Shown in pieces: positions 58,752 through 64,000 of a stretch of DNA of 64,000 nucleotides. Positions within the stretch are counted from its first letter, which is position 1; each line of letters begins with the position of its first letter. Below the pieces are notes generated by a model. The model was not told where the DNA came from and did no database searches. It was given only the letters and a program-made list of their open reading frames with translations. The stretch lies in NCBI GenBank assembly GCA_963845535.1, contig CAWJSK010000015.1, forward strand, positions 32,001-96,000, read 5' to 3'. The DNA is from an uncultured Spirochaetota bacterium (GTDB taxonomy: Bacteria; Spirochaetota; Spirochaetia; SZUA-6; Fen-1364). The position numbers and the translations under genes were made by a program.

Positions 58752-60500
58752 TTGAATGATTCTCGAGTGGCCCCGTTCATGAGATCCGACCTCAGGGCCG
58801 GAGGCGGCTATAAATGGATAGCTCTTTCCAACACGACGTTGGGTACATTGATGGCCTCCATCAACAACAACATTGTTCTGATCTCCCTTCCGTCCATCTT
58901 CACGGGACTAGGAATCAACCCCCTGGCTCCCAACGAAGCAACCTATCTTCTCTGGATTCTCATGGGCTACTCGGTGATCGTGGCAACCCTGCTTGTGTCC
59001 TTCGGCAGGCTCTCCGACATCTTCGGCAGGGTCCGACTCTACAACCTCGGTTTTGCCGTATTCACGGCTGCATCCATTCTGCTGTTCCTCACTCCCGGAA
59101 AGGGCAATGCGGGAGCCCTGGAGGTCGTCATATTCCGCATGATGCAGGCGGTGGGAGGCGGATTCTTATTCGCCAACAGCGCGGCTATCCTGACGGACGC
59201 GTTCCCCCCGTCCGAACGGGGGATGGCTCTGGGGCTGAACCAGATTGCTTTCATCAGCGGATCTCTGATCGGACTGATACTGGGAGGCTTCCTTGCGGTG
59301 ATCAACTGGCGGTTGGTGTTCCTGGTCAGCGTGCCAGTCGGTATTGCGGGAACCATCTGGGCGTATCTCAAGCTGAAGGAAACCGGCGTCATCACGAGGA
59401 ATCAGAGGATCGATCTCCCCGGTGTGGCCACCTTCGGCGCGGGCCTCGTAATCCTTCTTGTCGCCCTGACCTACGGCATCATGCCCTACGGGCATTCGGT
59501 CATGGGCTGGACAAGTCCGCTGGTGGCCGTGGGAATCATTGTCGGGCTGCTCCTGCTCATGGCGTTCTTCTTCATCGAGCGGCGGGTCAGGGAACCGATG
59601 TTCCGCCTGAGCTTCTTCCGCATCCGCATGTTCACGGCGGGCAACGTCAGCGGTTTCCTTTATGCCATTGCCCAGGGCGGGCTGACCTTTATGCTCATAA
59701 TCTGGCTGCAAGGCATCTGGCTGCCGCTGCACGGCTACAACTTTGAAGACACTCCGCTATGGGCCGGCATCTACATGACGCCCATGCTCGTGGGCTTCTT
59801 TATCATGGGTCCGCTCTCCGGCTGGCTGTCCGACCGCTACGGCTCCCGAGGGCTCTCCACGGCCGGCCTGCTGGTTCTCGTGGCAGGCTTCCTGCTGCTC
59901 GCGGAATTGCCAGCGAACTTTCCATACCTGCCGTTCATGTTCATTCTGGTATTCATGGGCCTTGGCATGGGCCTGTTCACTTCACCCAACATGTCCGCCG
60001 TCATGAACTCGGTGCCCGCGGAGTATCGAGGGGTCGCTTCCGGCATGAGAGCTACGATCCAGAACGCGGGCGCCCTTGTAAGCATGTCCCTTTTCTTCAG
60101 CGTGGTCATAATAGGCCTGGCAGGCAAGCTGCCGTCAGCGCTGTACTCCGGGCTGCTCGCTGCAGGGATACCCTCGGCCGCGGCCGGCCACGCATCCGGG
60201 CTGCCGCCCACGGGGGCGCTGTTCGCGGCTTTCCTTGGATACAACCCGATGCAGCAGTTGCTGTCACCTGCAGTCCTCGCAAACCTGCCCCCCGCAAGCA
60301 GGAGCTTGGTCCTCGGCAAGGAGTTCTTCCCTTCCCTGATGGCGCCGGCGTTCATGGGCAGCATGAGATGGACATTCTACGGTGCGGCTGGAATGTCTCT
60401 CGTGGGAGCGGTGGTTTCCTTCCTGCGCGGAAAAACATTTATCCACGAGATGGAGATGGGAGCCTTGGGTTCGGGTTTGAGGAGTGATTCGAAGAGATAA
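58752..60500 (+). CDS. MFS drug:H+ antiporter (DHA2/EmrB-like)
   Basis: GRLSDIFGR motif A, ERGMALG, WRLVFLVSVP; about 14 TM segments. Confidence 0.92.
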   Translation: MNDSRVAPFMRSDLRAGGGYKWIALSNTTLGTLMASINNNIVLISLPSIFTGLGINPLAPNEATYLLWILMGYSVIVATLLVSFGRLSDIFGRVRLYNLGFAVFTAASILLFLTPGKGNAGALEVVIFRMMQAVGGGFLFANSAAILTDAFPPSERGMALGLNQIAFISGSLIGLILGGFLAVINWRLVFLVSVPVGIAGTIWAYLKLKETGVITRNQRIDLPGVATFGAGLVILLVALTYGIMPYGHSVMGWTSPLVAVGIIVGLLLLMAFFFIERRVREPMFRLSFFRIRMFTAGNVSGFLYAIAQGGLTFMLIIWLQGIWLPLHGYNFEDTPLWAGIYMTPMLVGFFIMGPLSGWLSDRYGSRGLSTAGLLVLVAGFLLLAELPANFPYLPFMFILVFMGLGMGLFTSPNMSAVMNSVPAEYRGVASGMRATIQNAGALVSMSLFFSVVIIGLAGKLPSALYSGLLAAGIPSAAAGHASGLPPTGALFAAFLGYNPMQQLLSPAVLANLPPASRSLVLGKEFFPSLMAPAFMGSMRWTFYGAAGMSLVGAVVSFLRGKTFIHEMEMGALGSGLRSDSKR

Positions 60501-60533
60501 TCAGAAGACGGCTCCTCGCTCAATGCACAAAGG

Positions 60534-61359
60534 TCAGACCGCCCCGTAGTACGTGTATTCCACGACCTTCACGTTGTTCACCACTTTCGCGACTCCCTCC
60601 ACCGTGCCGGCAATCTTGACGCACAAATCGAGCGCAGCCTGAGACCGCACCGTCCCATCCAACGTAACCACGCCCTCTTCGCATGCGACCTCCAGGGAGA
60701 GGACAAGGACGCGTTCCCTGTACAGTATCGCGACGATCACGTCTTGAGCGATGTGCAAATTGACCAGTACGTTCCGTGCAAGGCTACCGATCCCCGCGTA
60801 CGTGGGCGAACGTAGGAGCGCCGAAACCGCATCGCACGTTTCCGCGGGGGATATCCCCGCAGTGTTTACCACAAGGTCGTAGTTCGCCGACGAGTCCCAG
60901 ATCGCGTTGAAGAAATACTTGTGGTAGCCGGCCCTGTCTTGATCGCTCTGGTGGATCATATGGAGCGCGTGCTGTTCGTCAATTTCGAGACGCTCGCGAA
61001 GCCGCGCCACCCGAACCTCGTGAGGAGCGATGATCCTCAGCCTGAGCGCGCCGGGTACGCCTCGAAAGATGATGTTGGCTCCTCGTCCGACGACAATGCA
61101 GTCCTTCTCAGCCGCAAACCGGTACAGAGCGGCCTTCATGAAGTCGAGGGTATCGAAACTTTTGCAGAGTGAATTGCTCCCAAAGACCCGGCTGCTTTTC
61201 GTCATCCCGCGCGAACTGCTTCTCTGTCATGCCCAATTGTTTGAGTAAGACTTCCAATGAGTCCTTATCGAGCTTGGAATATCCAAGACGAGACGAGAGC
61301 ATGTCTGCTATCTTCGTTCCCAGGCTACCAAGCTCTCTCGAGAGCGTTATGATCGCCAT
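60534..61359 (-). CDS. Cytidylate kinase-like protein with BON domain, +1 frameshift near 61149
   Basis: ITLSRELGSLG, VGRGA, DQDRAGY, YDLVVNT; BON-like VEGVAKVVN. Confidence 0.82.
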
Positions 61360-61413
61360 TGCGAATCCTCCTCTCGGCCTCATGGGCGCCGGCGCTTCGC
61401 TCATCAATGGACC

Positions 61414-62181
61414 TCAGACCTGGACGATCTCGATCCCTTTCGACCGCAGGGACGCGACGAGTGATTCATTCGCGTCAGCCGTGGTGATGATCTTCGAGGC
61501 CCTTTCCACCGGGCAGAGCGTGAGGTGGCCGATGGCGCCGAGCTTGGAGTCATCCGCCAGGATGACGAGCTCCTGAGAGTGTTCGATCATCGAGCGCTCC
61601 ATCTGGATCAACAGCGGATCGGAGTTCGTCAGCACGGTCTCCGTGATCCCTTCGATGCCCATGAAAGCCCGGGAAGCGTGATAGTTGGCAAACCCATCAG
61701 CGCTGAGATTGTTCAGGATGAGCTTCGAGCTCAGATTCACCGATCCTTCCGGAAGAATCACCGTGCACCGGGAATACATCACGAGGTGCTGGGCAATCGC
61801 GAAGGAATTGGTTATCACGGTGATTGCAAACCGGGAGAGGTCCTCCACCATGCGGAAGGTCGTCGAGCCTCCGTCAATCATGACGGTGTCCCCGTCATGG
61901 ATGTAATCGCAAGCTTTTCGGGCGATCCGCCTCTTCTTCTCCTGATTGACGCCGAGCCGACGGTCCAGCGGCTGCTCCAGGAGAGGCTCCGGGACCCGCG
62001 CGCGCGCAAGCTCCACTCCGCCGCGCACCCGGCGCACGAGCTTCTCCTTTTCCATCTCGCTGAAATCCCGCCGGATTGTAGCTTCGGAAGCCCCCGTGGT
62101 CTCCACGACATCATGGATGTTCGCAAAGGAGCGCAGGTCGAGGAGCCTCAGGATTGTCTTCTTGCGTTCCTGTTCCAGCAT
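61414..62181 (-). CDS. DeoR/GlpR family regulator (rhamnose-associated)
   Basis: ASEATIRRD, IDGGSTT, ITNS, LADDSK; divergent from rhaM. Confidence 0.92.
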   Translation of the reverse strand: MLEQERKKTILRLLDLRSFANIHDVVETTGASEATIRRDFSEMEKEKLVRRVRGGVELARARVPEPLLEQPLDRRLGVNQEKKRRIARKACDYIHDGDTVMIDGGSTTFRMVEDLSRFAITVITNSFAIAQHLVMYSRCTVILPEGSVNLSSKLILNNLSADGFANYHASRAFMGIEGITETVLTNSDPLLIQMERSMIEHSQELVILADDSKLGAIGHLTLCPVERASKIITTADANESLVASLRSKGIEIVQV

Positions 62182-62306
62182 GGGGCGCACCGATGAAATA
62201 GTACGCGAAGCGCCGAAAAATGCAATCAAAATCGATAAGGTCTGATTGATTTTTTTTGGATCGTGTGAGAATGTGAAAAGGCCGGCAAAAGAAAGGGAGG
62301 ACGACA

Positions 62307-62621
62307 ATGACGAGACTGGCGTTCAAGATGAAGCTTAAACCCGGCTGCGTGCAGGAATACAAGAGCCGTCACGACAGGATCTGGCCGGAGCTCGCGGCCA
62401 CGCTGCGGGAAAAAGGAATCACCGACTACTCCATTTTTTTTGACGAGGAAACGAACGCCCTCTTCGCCGTCCAGAAGCTGACGGGAGCCGCATCCTCACA
62501 GGACCTCGGGACGTTGGACGTCGTCAGGCGCTGGTGGGAATACATGTCAGACATCATGGAGACAAACCCGGACAAGTCTCCGGTGAGCATTCCGCTGGCA
62601 GAAGTCTTCCTGCTGGAATAG
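62307..62621 (+). CDS. rhaM: L-rhamnose mutarotase
   Basis: EYKSRHDRIWPEL, YSIF, RWWEYMSDIMETN. Confidence 0.93.
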   Translation: MTRLAFKMKLKPGCVQEYKSRHDRIWPELAATLREKGITDYSIFFDEETNALFAVQKLTGAASSQDLGTLDVVRRWWEYMSDIMETNPDKSPVSIPLAEVFLLE

Positions 62622-62628
62622 CAATTCC

Positions 62629-62689
62629 ATGAACTCGAGAGATCGCGTCCTGCGCGTCTTTGGCAGGCAGTCTGGCCTGCCGGACCGTC
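62629..62689 (+). pseudogene. Truncated 5' end of a uroporphyrinogen-decarboxylase-like gene
   Basis: MNSRDRVLRVFGRQSGLPDR resembles the MNSRERV...PDR start of that family and breaks at the next gene's stop. Confidence 0.4.
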
Positions 62690-63424
62690 CTACGAAGACC
62701 CCTCCTTTGTACCCCACATCACCAGGCCGCCCCCAAGGCTCATCAGCCTCACCTGGACGTCGCTGATTCCCGCCTCTTTCCACATCTCGACGATCTGCCC
62801 GATCGGGTAGCGCTCGTAGAAGTCAGGGATGCTTCGGGCCAGAAAGCGCCCCGTCTCGGCCCACTCGCGCGACACGAGCCTGCCCAGCGTGGGCAGGCCG
62901 ACGCGCGTATAGAGCCGCCAGAACGCTTGCCCCAAAGGTCCCGCCGGCACGGCGAACTCGAGAGACGCGATGCGTCCGCCGGGCCTGACCACGCGCGCGA
63001 GCCCGCGCATCACCGCCCGTGGATCATCGACATAGCGGAGGAGGTAGGTGAACGTGAGGTGGTCGAACTCTCCGTCGGCAAAGGGCAGCTTCTCGGCTTC
63101 GCCGTTCATCAACGTCACGTGGTTCGCGAGCCCAGGGTCTCTCTCCAGCCGCAGTCGCGCCTGCGCGAGCATCTGCGGACTCTGGTCCAGGCCGACGACG
63201 TTGCAGCCGTACCGCGTCACGAGCTCGGTCGCCACCAGCCCGGTGCCTGTTGCGACGTCCAGCACCCGCTCGCCCGGCTTGGCATCCACGACGCCGACCA
63301 TTGACCGCCGCCAGCGCGGATCCTGGCCGAAGCTCAGCACCGCTGCCACCCGGTCGTAGTGACGGGGCAGCGGCGCGAACAGCGCAAGCGCCTGGCGCTT
63401 GCGGGTAGTGGCAGTGACGCTCAT
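62690..63424 (-). CDS. UbiE/MenG-like class I SAM methyltransferase
   Basis: YDRV..LSFGQD..WR, VLDVATGTG, LPFAD, RPGG..LEF. Confidence 0.88.
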   Translation of the reverse strand: MSVTATTRKRQALALFAPLPRHYDRVAAVLSFGQDPRWRRSMVGVVDAKPGERVLDVATGTGLVATELVTRYGCNVVGLDQSPQMLAQARLRLERDPGLANHVTLMNGEAEKLPFADGEFDHLTFTYLLRYVDDPRAVMRGLARVVRPGGRIASLEFAVPAGPLGQAFWRLYTRVGLPTLGRLVSREWAETGRFLARSIPDFYERYPIGQIVEMWKEAGISDVQVRLMSLGGGLVMWGTKEGSS

Positions 63425-63507
63425 CAAGAACGAAGATACTTGGTGTTGACGATGGCGGGGAAGAGGCCGTGTGCCTCGAAGTCACCCGGCGCGCCGTCAC
63501 TCGCCGT

Positions 63508-64000
63508 TCAGCTCAGCCAGGCCACCGCGCTTTCCGGCAGGTGTTCGGCGCTCGGGGTTGATGGATTCCTCGGGAGACCGATGAGGCAACCGTCAAGCTC
63601 CCATTCGCCTTTGGCCAGTCCGAGCTCGGCCATGACATGCGCATCCGCTGACAGCATCCCCGTCAGGCTGAGCAGCATGAAGCCGACGCCCAGCTCGGTG
63701 GCCTTGAGCCACATGTTCTGAAGCACGTGAGCGATTGACTTGGCTTCTGCTGGCGGAAAGCCTTTCCGTTCCGCCACGATGATCCACTCCGAGGCCTCTT
63801 GAAGCGTCGTGATGCCGTTCTTGGAAAGAGCATCCAGCCTCTTCATGAAAGCGGCGGTCTTCTGCTTGAGACCCGGCACCAGGCGGCGCGCCATCATGAG
63901 CCTCTTGCGATTTGCCTTGATCCGGGTGAGGGCCAACGCGCGCAAACGCTCATGTGCGGCGCTTTCGCGCTTGATCACGAAGAATCGCCGCTTGTCGGCA
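63508..64000 (-). CDS. Nitroreductase family protein, 3' part (runs off window)
   Basis: LQNMWLKATELGVG...LIGLP. Confidence 0.78.
   Translation of the reverse strand, partial: ADKRRFFVIKRESAAHERLRALALTRIKANRKRLMMARRLVPGLKQKTAAFMKRLDALSKNGITTLQEASEWIIVAERKGFPPAEAKSIAHVLQNMWLKATELGVGFMLLSLTGMLSADAHVMAELGLAKGEWELDGCLIGLPRNPSTPSAEHLPESAVAWLS

Noticed and set aside
14024..61359. Frameshifts in the lipoprotein (~14122, ~14990), CDF (~43155), hydantoinase (~44613, ~45325), DUF6600 (~56170) and cytidylate-kinase-like (~61149) genes as pseudogenes or programmed frameshifts
   Set aside because: Each is repaired by deleting one or two G/C bases, with no other decay and no shared slippery motif; long-read insertion error is more likely. 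Read-level check needed.

Overview
GC-rich bacterial chromosome segment, probably from a Spirochaetota-like anaerobe (inferred from gene content only). Positions 1-18.3 kb are housekeeping genes: ilvC, an OmpA protein, a degenerate DEAD-box/DbpA protein, trmB, a DksA-like protein, infA, argJ, purC, clpP, mtnP, era, nth and argR. An unannotated ~95-nt promoter-hairpin-terminator unit (candidate sRNA) lies between clpP and mtnP. tRNA-Pro(UGG) and tRNA-Arg(UCU) follow, and each has degenerate copies of its 3' end downstream. These att-like repeats delimit a 0.9-kb islet, a 1.7-kb islet and a ~32.6-kb island with no visible integrase (21501-54161). The large island is devoted to metal(loid), thiol-redox and Fe-S functions. 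It carries three ArsR regulators, a pump-less arsR-arsD-arsA operon joined to Cys-tailed YlbF proteins and a minimal SufC/SufB(D) pair, and an arsP-tauE-fmdE-fmdE-DUF169-radical SAM-trx-ccdA operon. It also carries a ferredoxin/HdrA-like/CoA-disulfide reductase module. A 14-bp palindrome (TGGYAATATTGCCA) overlaps the -10 box of five promoters in the island. After the island come hcp (with a perfect FNR-type box), a DUF6600-like protein, marR/MFS, rhamnose genes, a methyltransferase and a partial nitroreductase. Several genes are split by short G/C insertions that look like long-read errors. All family calls come from motif recognition by eye; no database search was run.
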